DNA from: Candidatus Omnitrophota bacterium
GTDB taxonomy: Bacteria > Omnitrophota > Gorgyraeia > Gygaellales > Profunditerraquicolaceae
Length of the DNA stretch: 61,721 nt
Direction of reading: 5' to 3'
Assembly: GCA_043808425.1 (NCBI GenBank)
Contig: JAZDEW010000072.1
Coordinates: 1-61,721, forward strand
The notes beneath the pieces are model-generated. The model was not told where the DNA came from. It saw only the letters and a list, made by a program, of their open reading frames with translations, and ran no database searches. The first letter of the stretch is position 1. The number at the start of each line of letters is the position of its first letter. Shown in pieces: positions 44,721 through 53,596 of the stretch. The position numbers were made by a program, and so were the translations under genes.

Positions 44721-45645
44721 TACTTCTTAACCTTTCCCTGACCAGATATCCTGCCCCAATAATTCCGGCATTAATTCCCAGCTTAGCTTGAACTATCTTT
44801 ACTCTGCTTGCCTGCACCCGCATGGCGCGGAGTAAAATTGTATCTTGAATACTCGTAAACAACACCTTACCAACACAAGAAACCCCTCCGCCAATGACAA
44901 TCAGATCAAGGTTAAGCAAATTTACCACCCCGCTCAAAGCCAGGCCCAGTTTTTTACCCATTTGGCTCCAAAAATTTATTGCCCGGAGATTATTCTGACC
45001 GGCTAAAACACTTACTCTTTCCAGAGTAATCAGAGGCCCAAATAATTTACGCGCCTCTTTAATAATTTTATTATTACCCACGTAGGCCTCCAGGCACCCC
45101 CGAGCGCCACAGCCACACAAAGGGCCTTTTTCATTAAGCAAAAGGTGCCCGGCTTCACCAGCGGCATTATCCGCCCCCCGGTAGAGTAGATCATTAATAA
45201 TTAAGCCTCCGCCCACACCCGTGCCCAAGGTCAGGCATAACACATTTTTATATTTTCTTGCCGCGCCAGCCTTATGCTCTGCCAGAGTCATTAGCTTAGC
45301 ATCATTATCCAGAAAAACTGACAGCTTAATTTTCTCTTCCAAAATTTTTTTAAGCTTTACCTCTTTCCATCCTGGAATATTCGGCAAAAAATGCACAATT
45401 CCTTTCAAGGTATCCACCGGCCCAGGCACCCCTATACCCACCCCTAAAATCGCCGAACGCTTCAACTTTTGGTTTATAATAAAACTTTCTACCGAATCAA
45501 TAATACACTGAATAAGCTTAAGCTGATTATCAAAACTCTTTGTGCTAAAAGAGCTTTTGGCCTTAATCTTTAAGCTACTATCCAGCAAAGCGCATTTTAA
45601 ATTGGTTCCACCCAAGTCTATCCCAATAATAAATTTTTTAACCAT
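44710..45645 (-). CDS. ROK family sugar kinase (glucokinase-like)
   Basis: Contains IGIDLGGTNLK, GAGVGGG-type motifs and the ROK zinc motif GHLLLNEKGPLCGCGARGCLE. Confidence 0.85.
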   Translation of the reverse strand: MVKKFIIGIDLGGTNLKCALLDSSLKIKAKSSFSTKSFDNQLKLIQCIIDSVESFIINQKLKRSAILGVGIGVPGPVDTLKGIVHFLPNIPGWKEVKLKKILEEKIKLSVFLDNDAKLMTLAEHKAGAARKYKNVLCLTLGTGVGGGLIINDLLYRGADNAAGEAGHLLLNEKGPLCGCGARGCLEAYVGNNKIIKEARKLFGPLITLERVSVLAGQNNLRAINFWSQMGKKLGLALSGVVNLLNLDLIVIGGGVSCVGKVLFTSIQDTILLRAMRVQASRVKIVQAKLGINAGIIGAGYLVRERLRSNVE

Positions 45646-45729
45646 TGTGGTATTTTATATTAAAATAGTTAGATTTTCAAGGGATAAATAATTATTCTAT
45701 TCTACCAAGGCCAGCCGCCATATAGCTGC

Positions 45730-46186
45730 CGTGGGCCCCCACTGCAATAATTGGCGATCAGGCTGTCGAGCCTTGCCTTTCGCCGCACCGCTAGATTTTC
45801 CCCTGCGAGGAAAATCTACGCTTCAGCAAAAATTCTCGCTCTGCCTAGACATATATTGGGGGCAACCGTGCCCGCTCGAATTTTTGAGATGCTGCTCAAG
45901 CCAAGGCTCGCCAGCCACTCATAACATTACCAGTTGGTAAGCTTTCCGGCTTTTGCTGGAGGCACAATTAGAAGATTTTCGGCAGTTGTGTGCAAGGAAT
46001 TACGTCGAGCGTAGGCGGTGTCTTTTTAGCGTAAGGAATACGCCGGAGCGAGACGTAAACCGCAGCACACGGCGAAAATCTTCGTGCCAGAAGCAAGAGC
46101 CGGAAAGCTTATGTGTTGGCATATTATCAGTGAAAGACCAAATACGCGATAGCCTGCCCGCCAATTATTGTGGCGGGGACCCGTTA
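45730..46186. ncRNA. candidate large structured non-coding RNA of unknown class (strand undetermined, plus weakly favoured)
   Basis: The 611-bp gap has no credible ORF; the three track ORFs are Cys/Arg/Trp-rich. G+C is about 52% by hand count against roughly 35-43% in flanking lines. Long-range complementary segments form an outer helix plus two independently closed branches; coordinates are given in the finding. Confidence 0.5.
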
Positions 46187-46256
46187 TCCTGCGAACAGAC
46201 ATAATCAGCAGAACTCGCATAATCACGGTTAAAATAAAACAACGAAAATCTAGTTA

Positions 46257-47252
46257 TTAGGCCGGGGGAAAACAAACTTTATTTTTTCCGGATTCCTTGG
46301 CTAAGTATAAAGCCTGATCTGCCAAATCAACTAAATTTTGCGTATTCAGGGCATTGTCCGGAAAAATAGAAACACCGATACTTACCGTCACCTTCAGCTC
46401 TTCATCGTAGGCCTTAACTATCTGCGCGGCAATAGACTGACGAATACGTTCCGCGGCAAAACTAGCCTGCTGTTTATTCGTTTCTGCCAAAACAACAGAA
46501 ATCTCCTCTCCTCCATAACGGCCAGCAAAATCAATTTGCCTAACCGCCAGCAAAATAGTTTTAGCTACCCGGCGCAAAATAGCATCTCCGACCAAGTGCC
46601 CATAATGATCATTAAACTGTTTAAAATTATCTATATCAATCATTAAAAAAGATAAGCGTAATTTATTTTTCCTGGAACGTTTAAGCTCTTCGCTAAAACG
46701 CTCTAAAAAATATTTCCGGCAATAAATATTGGTAAGCGTATCGGTAATCGTTAAGCTCTGAACCTTTTGATAGAATAGGGCTCTTCTTAGCCCGATTAAA
46801 AATTGTTGCGCAAGAATCCCAAATTTCTCTTTATCGGCTTCTAAGATCCTTTCCACTGCCAGGTAACCCGCAACTTTATCGTCTTCCAGGCTTAAAGGTT
46901 GAATCAAATAATTTTTATATTTAATTAAATCCGCGCTATCCTTAATATATCGACAATCGCCGATATCAATATGTTTAATTAGATTCTTTTTAAAAATTAA
47001 AAAAATCTTCTCTTCATCGAGGCTCTGAGAGATATCTTTAGTTAGTTCATAAAGCGCCAGCGTATCATCAAATCTATTGCTCAACAGATTGTTTTTTAAA
47101 CTTAAACTCTTTTTTGAATCATTTAAACGATTAAGCTCATCTCGCAAACCGTTATAATCCGCGACTTTGCGCTCAAGGCGGCCGGAAAAAACCTCTCTGC
47201 AAATTAAACCCAAAAGAATAGTAATAATTAAAAGTAAAATTAGGTTAAACAT
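46257..47252 (-). CDS. diguanylate cyclase (TM helix, sensor region, GGDEF domain)
   Basis: It has an N-terminal TM helix. The GGDEF domain has RYGGEEISVV (GGEEI variant) and FKQFNDHYGH. Confidence 0.8.
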   Translation of the reverse strand: MFNLILLLIITILLGLICREVFSGRLERKVADYNGLRDELNRLNDSKKSLSLKNNLLSNRFDDTLALYELTKDISQSLDEEKIFLIFKKNLIKHIDIGDCRYIKDSADLIKYKNYLIQPLSLEDDKVAGYLAVERILEADKEKFGILAQQFLIGLRRALFYQKVQSLTITDTLTNIYCRKYFLERFSEELKRSRKNKLRLSFLMIDIDNFKQFNDHYGHLVGDAILRRVAKTILLAVRQIDFAGRYGGEEISVVLAETNKQQASFAAERIRQSIAAQIVKAYDEELKVTVSIGVSIFPDNALNTQNLVDLADQALYLAKESGKNKVCFPPA

Positions 47253-48523
47253 ACCTGATTTCTGCCTTTTTCTTTGGCCGCATACATCGCCCGATCCGCC
47301 CTCTGAACCAATTCATCCTCATCTTTTGTATCCATCGGTAAGCTAGCCACCCCGATAGAAACAGTAACATGCGTGTCCTGACGTCGCAGCATTATCTTTT
47401 CGCTTTGAATTCTCTGGCGTAATTTTTCGGCGATAATTAATGACTTTTTCTTATCGATCCCTGAAAGCATAACTAAAAACTCTTCTCCTCCAAAACGGCA
47501 AATCAAAGCATTAAATTCGCTTAGCGCGTCTTTCAATAGTCTCCCCATCTTTTTTAAAACCAGATCCCCCATAATATGTCCAAATTTATCATTATATTGC
47601 TTAAAAAAATCGATATCAATCATCATAAGCGATAAATGCTGATCCAAGCGTTGAGCGCGCCTAACCTCATCCCTTAGCCTATCGATAAAATAGCTATGGG
47701 TATACAAAGCCGTCAGGTTGTCGTGAATCGCTAAATCCTGTGTCTTCTGAAAAAGTAAGCTATTTTCCAAAGCCACTGCCCCCAAATCAGCCACTAGAGC
47801 AAGGAAACGTAGATCATCCTGATTGAAAAACCCGCCTTTTATGCTTTCTAACCTCAGCAATCCCAGTAAAGAATTATTGCTAATCAAGGGAGAACTAATC
47901 AAAGATAAGACCGTACGCTTGTCTTGGCAGCTAAAGCGATCAAAATCAAAACGAAAATCATTTTTTAGATTCTCAATAACCAGCTGGCTGGAATGCCTTA
48001 AAACCCACTGATCAAAAATATCGCCTTCTTTAGACAGGATGGCTGAATCAGGATTCTCTTTTATGGAAAAAGCCAGATTAAGCTTTTGAGACTGATTATC
48101 CAGCAGATAAAAAAGAACCACCCCGGTACGATTTGAGATTAACGTATAAACAGTCGAACTTAATTCCCGGATCACAATCTCTAATTTCAAACTAAGATTA
48201 AGATTTTCAATCAGTTTTTCTAAATTATCATAACGTTTAATTTTTAATTTAAGCGCTAAATTATACTCTTGATTTTTTTTATTTTCAACTTCAGTAATAT
48301 TTATCGCTTCTTGATGATGTTCAATACCGGATTGAATAAGCAGGATTTTACCGGAGTAATACTTTAAAAGAAAGGCAAAAATGAAAATATTACTTAAGCT
48401 AAAGATAGAAAAAACAATCAAATTAATTTTTTGGCCAAAAATTACAGAATTTATTATTAGCAGGATAACCGCCAGGGACAATAGACACAACCAAATCTTT
48501 TTGCGGATAGCATTTTGTTGCAT
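47240..48523 (-). CDS. diguanylate cyclase (2 TM helices, GAF-like domain, GGDEF domain)
   Basis: Two N-terminal TM helices are followed by a GAF-like region and RFGGEEFLVML with DIDFFKQYNDKFGH. It overlaps the downstream GGDEF gene by 13 nt. Confidence 0.85.
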   Translation of the reverse strand: MQQNAIRKKIWLCLLSLAVILLIINSVIFGQKINLIVFSIFSLSNIFIFAFLLKYYSGKILLIQSGIEHHQEAINITEVENKKNQEYNLALKLKIKRYDNLEKLIENLNLSLKLEIVIRELSSTVYTLISNRTGVVLFYLLDNQSQKLNLAFSIKENPDSAILSKEGDIFDQWVLRHSSQLVIENLKNDFRFDFDRFSCQDKRTVLSLISSPLISNNSLLGLLRLESIKGGFFNQDDLRFLALVADLGAVALENSLLFQKTQDLAIHDNLTALYTHSYFIDRLRDEVRRAQRLDQHLSLMMIDIDFFKQYNDKFGHIMGDLVLKKMGRLLKDALSEFNALICRFGGEEFLVMLSGIDKKKSLIIAEKLRQRIQSEKIMLRRQDTHVTVSIGVASLPMDTKDEDELVQRADRAMYAAKEKGRNQVCLT

Positions 48524-48553
48524 AGAACTATTTAACTAAAGATATTTGAAAAT

Positions 48554-49657
48554 CTAACAAATAGTTTCTTCGGTAGCTTTATTAAAGAAATGTGCTTTGC
48601 TCATATCAAAAACTACATCCATCTCCTGATTAACCTTAGGACGGTCATGAGCACTAACCCGGGCAATAAAGGTATGTTTGCCCGTGTTCAGATAAAGATA
48701 AACCTCTGAGCCCATCGGTTCAAATACCTCGCAGTTTACCCGAACAATATTTTCCGGCGGGACATGTGAAACAAATAATTTATCGTAAATATTTTCAGAA
48801 CGGATACCAAAAATTATCTCTTGGTCAATATAGTTAGACATCCTCCTGTGCATATCCTCAACCAGCTTTACCCGAATCCTGCCTTCATCAAAATAAAGCT
48901 TACCCTCTTTTTTAATAATCTTACCCAGCATAAAATTCATTGGCGGAGAACCGATAAGGCTGGCGACAAACTTATTTTCCGGATGGTCATAAACATCAAT
49001 CGGATCCCCCAGCTGGGCAATCAGCCCATCTTTCATCACGGCGATGCGATCCCCCATAGTCATCGCTTCCACTTGATCATGAGTCACATAAATGATCGTG
49101 GTCTGTAGCCGAATATGCAGCTTGTGAATCTCCGTGCGCATTTGTACGCGCATCTTAGCGTCAAGATTGCTTAAGGGCTCATCAAATAAAAAAACCAGCG
49201 GTTTTCTTACAATGGCCCTTCCCACGGCCACCCGCTGGCGCTCTCCCCCGGAAAGTTCACGGGGCTTACGGTTCAATAATCTTTTAATCCCCAGAATCTC
49301 AGCCGCCTCGTTAACCCGCTGGCCGATTTCCTGCTTAGGGATATGCCTAAGCCGCAAACCAAATGACATATTTCCTTCAACCGTCATATGCGGATACAAA
49401 GCATAATTCTGAAAAACCATGGCGATATCCCGGTCTTTGGCCGGAACATCATTAACCCGCTTACCTGCGATATAAACATCGCCGGAGCTGATCTCCTCTA
49501 AACCCGCGATCATTCTTAAGGTCGTGGATTTTCCACAACCCGAAGGCCCAACAAAAACCATAAACTCTTTATTTTCAATATCTAAATTTATCTTATTTAC
49601 CGCGGTGACATTGCCCGGGAAAACCTTACATACATCCCTCAAGCTTACTTGAGCCAT
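48554..49657 (-). CDS. sugar-type ABC transporter ATP-binding protein (MalK/UgpC/MsmX family)
   Basis: Carries Walker A (GPSGCGKST), the signature [10 protein letters not shown], Walker B (FLFDEPLS) and a C-terminal TOBE/MalK regulatory domain. No permease or binding protein is adjacent. Confidence 0.85.
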   Translation of the reverse strand: MAQVSLRDVCKVFPGNVTAVNKINLDIENKEFMVFVGPSGCGKSTTLRMIAGLEEISSGDVYIAGKRVNDVPAKDRDIAMVFQNYALYPHMTVEGNMSFGLRLRHIPKQEIGQRVNEAAEILGIKRLLNRKPRELSGGERQRVAVGRAIVRKPLVFLFDEPLSNLDAKMRVQMRTEIHKLHIRLQTTIIYVTHDQVEAMTMGDRIAVMKDGLIAQLGDPIDVYDHPENKFVASLIGSPPMNFMLGKIIKKEGKLYFDEGRIRVKLVEDMHRRMSNYIDQEIIFGIRSENIYDKLFVSHVPPENIVRVNCEVFEPMGSEVYLYLNTGKHTFIARVSAHDRPKVNQEMDVVFDMSKAHFFNKATEETIC

Positions 49658-49756
49658 TTATTTATTCCTCGAGCACTTTGATTCTTTATTTTAACCAGGC
49701 TTCGATAATATCTCTAAAAAAACATTATTTAAAATGTACCTTTTCATTAAACAAAA

Positions 49757-50596
49757 TTAAGCAAAATAGTCAAGCAACTGGCTTAAGGTTTGCTTCATAT
49801 TTTTACGGTGCACAATCATGTCAATCAGGCCATGGTCTAACAAAAATTCTGAGCGCTGAAAACCTATAGGTAATTTTTGCCTAATTGTCTGCTCAATAAC
49901 CCTGGGGCCGGTAAAACCAATAAGAGCATTAGGTTCAGCCATAATTATATCTCCCACTCCGGCAAAAGAAGCCATGATTCCGGCCATAGTGGGATTGGTC
50001 AACACAGAAATATAAGGTAGATTTGCTTTATGGTGATAGAATAGAGCGGCGCAGGTTTTGGCCATTTGCATCAAGCTATACAAGCCCTCATACATTCGCG
50101 CCCCTCCGCCTGAACCAGAGACAATAATCATGGGAAGGTTATTATTTGTGGCATATTCAATTGCCCGGGTAATTTTTTCCCCAACCACCGACCCCATCGA
50201 CCCCATAATAAAACGCGAATCCGTAACCGCCACCACTGCCTTGCGGGAATTAATTATACCTTCACCGGATATCACGGCATCTTTTAATCCGGTGGCCTCC
50301 TGATCCTGCTTTAATTTGTCTTTATAGGTCTTGGGCCCCTTAAAATCAAGCGGATCAGCTGAAACCATATCCTTATCGAATTCCTTAAAGGTATCCTTCT
50401 GGAATAATAAATTTATTCTTTCGTACGCGGTTAAACCAAAATGATAGTTACATTTAGGACAAACCCTAAAATTTTCTTCCAGCGTTTTATTATAAAGAGT
50501 TTCAGAGCACTCTTCGCATTTTGTCCATAAACCATCAGGAATTTCTTTTTTTTTCAAACGAACAATCGTATATTTCGGCTTACCAAACAATGCCAT
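49757..50596 (-). CDS. accD: acetyl-CoA carboxylase carboxyltransferase beta subunit
   Basis: It has an N-terminal zinc ribbon (CEECSETLY...CPKCNYH) and a carboxyltransferase domain (GGARMYEG). Confidence 0.9.
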   Translation of the reverse strand: MALFGKPKYTIVRLKKKEIPDGLWTKCEECSETLYNKTLEENFRVCPKCNYHFGLTAYERINLLFQKDTFKEFDKDMVSADPLDFKGPKTYKDKLKQDQEATGLKDAVISGEGIINSRKAVVAVTDSRFIMGSMGSVVGEKITRAIEYATNNNLPMIIVSGSGGGARMYEGLYSLMQMAKTCAALFYHHKANLPYISVLTNPTMAGIMASFAGVGDIIMAEPNALIGFTGPRVIEQTIRQKLPIGFQRSEFLLDHGLIDMIVHRKNMKQTLSQLLDYFA

Positions 50597-50598
50597 GC

Positions 50599-51906
50599 TT
50601 ATTCCTTTTCAAATTTATTCACTACCAAACCCGAAAGCACTTTAGGATAAAAATAGGTAGACTTAGGAGGCATCTTATTGCCACTGGTAGCAATATTGAT
50701 CACCTGTTGAATCTTAACTGGATTTAAGAAAAAGGCGACAGTTAAAGGATCACTATCAGCTTGATCCATTAACGCGTAAGGATCCGGACTATATTTTATA
50801 TCCGGCAAATTGTTTAAATCAAGTTTGAGAATATATTTCAATACCAGATGATTAAAGATCGCCACGTCAAGCACCCGGTACTCCTTGGGCTTATCCGCGA
50901 TTAACTTATCCAGCGTCTTGACATTCTTCAGCCGTAGAAAAAAATATTTTTTATCTTTATACAGCCCTAACAAATGTTCCGTGCAACCGGCTTTTTCCAA
51001 TAAAAAGAAAAAACGCGTCCGATCTTTTATCTGATCAATATCAAAATACTCTTTAGCCCTGATCATAAAATCATCTAAATCCAACCGCGCATCTAATTTA
51101 AGTAACCGGTGAATAGGCAAAATAGATAGCCCCCGATAATCTGTATTAGTAAAATATGCCAGGCAAAAATTAAAATCTTCTTCGCCGGTGAATTGCGCGC
51201 CCATTTTTTCGCGCATCAGATCCCGGTATGCGCAAGAAACCTCATAACGATGATGGCCATCGGCAATAAACATGCTTTCGTCATTCATACTCGACTCAAT
51301 TAGCTTAAGCACATCCGGATCATTCAGGCGCCATAATTTATGCACAGTTTTTTCATCATCCATAACTTCAATAAAAGACTTCTGGTGGGGAAGCTGTCCT
51401 TGAAAGATACGTTGAATTATGCGATTTTTATCCAGAAAAATTATAAAGATCGGACTAAGGTTGGCTTTTACCTGCTTAATCAGTTTAAACCTGTCCAGCT
51501 TTGCGGCATTATGCGTGTTTTCATGCCCAAAAACAGCGGAACTTTTTTCATCACCCAGCCTAAGCAAAGATATAAAACCTAAACGCGTTTTCTTTTCACC
51601 CCGAATGACATATTGCTGGCTATAAAAATATACGGCTGGCCGCTCATCTTGAATAAACACTTTATCCTTAAGCCAGCCGCGGAATGTTTCTCCTGCCTTG
51701 TGATATTTATCATCCCCAGAAGAATCTTTAGCCAAAAGTATATGAACAAAATTATACATTGAACGCTCATAAAGCGCATCTTGTTCCAGGGAGGAAATCA
51801 CATCATACGGCGGACAAACCACATCCTTAAATTCACTAATAGCCCCTGGATTATAAACCACAGCCTTAAAAGCTCTTGTTTGACTCATAAAATTTACTCC
51901 TCGCAA
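50599..51906 (-). CDS. DUF1015 family protein
   Basis: The length and motifs (FIADGHHRYE, HRLL) are typical of DUF1015. The true start may be the M at 51888. Confidence 0.65.
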   Translation of the reverse strand: MRGVNFMSQTRAFKAVVYNPGAISEFKDVVCPPYDVISSLEQDALYERSMYNFVHILLAKDSSGDDKYHKAGETFRGWLKDKVFIQDERPAVYFYSQQYVIRGEKKTRLGFISLLRLGDEKSSAVFGHENTHNAAKLDRFKLIKQVKANLSPIFIIFLDKNRIIQRIFQGQLPHQKSFIEVMDDEKTVHKLWRLNDPDVLKLIESSMNDESMFIADGHHRYEVSCAYRDLMREKMGAQFTGEEDFNFCLAYFTNTDYRGLSILPIHRLLKLDARLDLDDFMIRAKEYFDIDQIKDRTRFFFLLEKAGCTEHLLGLYKDKKYFFLRLKNVKTLDKLIADKPKEYRVLDVAIFNHLVLKYILKLDLNNLPDIKYSPDPYALMDQADSDPLTVAFFLNPVKIQQVINIATSGNKMPPKSTYFYPKVLSGLVVNKFEKE

Positions 51907-52080
51907 AAAAAATTAAGTTTATACTTAAAAAAATATTTTATCATAAAATATATCAAAAACAATAACTTAAAACTAACTTTCAAGCCATCCCGCTTACGAT
52001 TACATACCGCGTAACTTTCAGCAGCAGGAACACGAGCTGCCGTACTTAACAGCCTTGCTAAAATTCACTTTTAACGGAAT

Positions 52081-52344
52081 TTATTTATGGCCTGGGCAAC
52101 CCGCGCATCCCTCATTGGCCTTAGGACATGAACCAGCTTCCGGAGCATTTTTTGCTTTACTGGTTTTCTTGTAATCTGTAGCGTAAAACCCCGCGCCTTT
52201 AAAAATAAACCCTGCCGTACTACTAATTAATTTTTTTAGCTTTTTTCCGCATTGCGGACACTTGGTTTCAGGCTTAGCAGTTATACTCTGTAAAATTTCA
52301 AATTTATGTTCGCAAGATAAACATTCATATTCATAAGTAGGCAT
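52081..52344 (-). CDS. FmdB family zinc-ribbon protein
   Basis: [33 protein letters not shown] is the family-defining N-terminus. Confidence 0.8.
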   Translation of the reverse strand: MPTYEYECLSCEHKFEILQSITAKPETKCPQCGKKLKKLISSTAGFIFKGAGFYATDYKKTSKAKNAPEAGSCPKANEGCAGCPGHK

Positions 52345-52375
52345 ATTTTCCTTCTTACCCTCCCCGCCTTATTAT

Positions 52376-52433
52376 GTCATCCCACGCAGGCGGGAATATC
52401 TTTTTAGATCCCCGCTTTCGCGGGATGACGTTA
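52376..52433. repeat. two-hairpin REP-like element (GTCATCCCRCG..GCGGGRAT family), second copy
   Basis: GTCATCCCACGCAGGCGGGAATATCTTTTTAGATCCCCGCTTTCGCGGGATGACGTTA. Its two halves are imperfect inverted copies of each other. The last 3 nt are the dnaJ stop codon. Confidence 0.8.
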
Positions 52434-53594
52434 ACGAAAAGATTTCTTGAACTTATCCGTAAAACTTTCCTTAGATCCCAAATCTTCTCCACCCAAACGG
52501 GCAAACTCCTCGATTAGTTGCCTCTGTTGCGCGGTTAATTTGACAGGAATTTCAACATCAACTTTAATTAGCTCATCGCCCATATCCCGGGAATGCAGGT
52601 CTGTTATGCCTTTACCTTTAAGACGAAAAGTTTTCCCGCATTGCGTACCCGCGGGTATCTTCATCATTAATTTCCCATCTAAGGCCGGAACCTCCACCTC
52701 GCCGCCTAAAACAGCTTTAGCCAAACTTATTTTCACCGATGTAGCAATATCATTATGGTGGCGCTGAAAAATCTCATGCTCTCTAACCTCGATAACTACA
52801 TATAGATCCCCCCGGCTATTAACACCAGCCTCCCCTTCTGCGCGGACACGGAGCTGAGAACCATTGTCAACTCCGGCAGGTATTTTAACTTTTATCTTTT
52901 TAGTAATTTTAACCCTGCCTTCTCCTTTGCAATCCGAACAGGCGTTTGCGATAATTGAACCCTCACCACCGCAACGTGAACAAGTTTGCGCTAATTGAAA
53001 AAAACCATTGGAAACTACCGTTTTACCCGCTCCTTTACATTGAGAGCAAACCGTCCTTTTGGTGCCAGGCTTAGCGCCGCTGCCGGAACAAACTGCACAG
53101 GTTTCATAACGTGGCACGGAAATAATTTTTTCTACGCCCTCAGAAACTTCCTCCAGCGAGATTTCAATGGCAATCTGTAAATCCCGGCCACGCCGCCGAG
53201 CAGTTTGAGATCGGGTTTGCCTGGAACCGGAGATATCAAATCCCAAATCCCCAAATAACTCCTCAAAAATACTCCCTGTGCCCCCGCCTCCACCACCCAT
53301 TTCCCTAAAAATACTACTAAAATCCGCCCCCCTAAAAATATCTTCTTGAGCGTATTTCTGATCTATACCCGAATGCCCATATTGATTATAAAGATCGCGC
53401 TTAGAAGAATCTGAAAGCACCGCGTACGCCTCAGAAATCCCCTTGAATCTCTCCTCCGCGGCTTTCTTCTCTTCCGCGGGTACGCGGTCAGGGTGATATT
53501 TAAGCGCCATCTCACGATAGGCTTTTTTTATTTCATCCAGACCGGCGGATTTAGGAACCCCCAGTATTTCGTAATAATCACCTTTAACGGACAT
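52431..53594 (-). CDS. dnaJ: molecular chaperone DnaJ
   Basis: It has a J domain with HPD (YHPDR), a G-rich linker, four CxxCxGxG zinc-finger repeats and a C-terminal substrate-binding domain. Confidence 0.95.
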   Translation of the reverse strand: MSVKGDYYEILGVPKSAGLDEIKKAYREMALKYHPDRVPAEEKKAAEERFKGISEAYAVLSDSSKRDLYNQYGHSGIDQKYAQEDIFRGADFSSIFREMGGGGGGTGSIFEELFGDLGFDISGSRQTRSQTARRRGRDLQIAIEISLEEVSEGVEKIISVPRYETCAVCSGSGAKPGTKRTVCSQCKGAGKTVVSNGFFQLAQTCSRCGGEGSIIANACSDCKGEGRVKITKKIKVKIPAGVDNGSQLRVRAEGEAGVNSRGDLYVVIEVREHEIFQRHHNDIATSVKISLAKAVLGGEVEVPALDGKLMMKIPAGTQCGKTFRLKGKGITDLHSRDMGDELIKVDVEIPVKLTAQQRQLIEEFARLGGEDLGSKESFTDKFKKSFR

Positions 53595-53596
53595 TT

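Noticed and set aside
45730-46186. Possible known RNA classes for this block: cobalamin riboswitch (GCCCCCACTG resembles the GCCACTG box), tmRNA, SRP RNA (GCCGGAAAGC), 6S RNA.
   Set aside because: There is no B12-box match and no cobalamin-related downstream gene. There is no tRNA-like 3' end or tag reading frame. GGAA lies inside a helix rather than in an SRP tetraloop. The block is far longer than 6S RNA. These are judgements from memory and need cmscan.
45731-46226. Three ORFs of 66-83 aa (45731-45940 +, 45953-46204 +, 46026-46226 -) in the ROK/GGDEF intergenic region.
   Set aside because: The translations are Cys/Arg/Trp/Pro-rich with no motif, and they overlap one another on both strands. 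They coincide with extensive long-range base pairing, so they are better explained as a structured RNA or repeat region.
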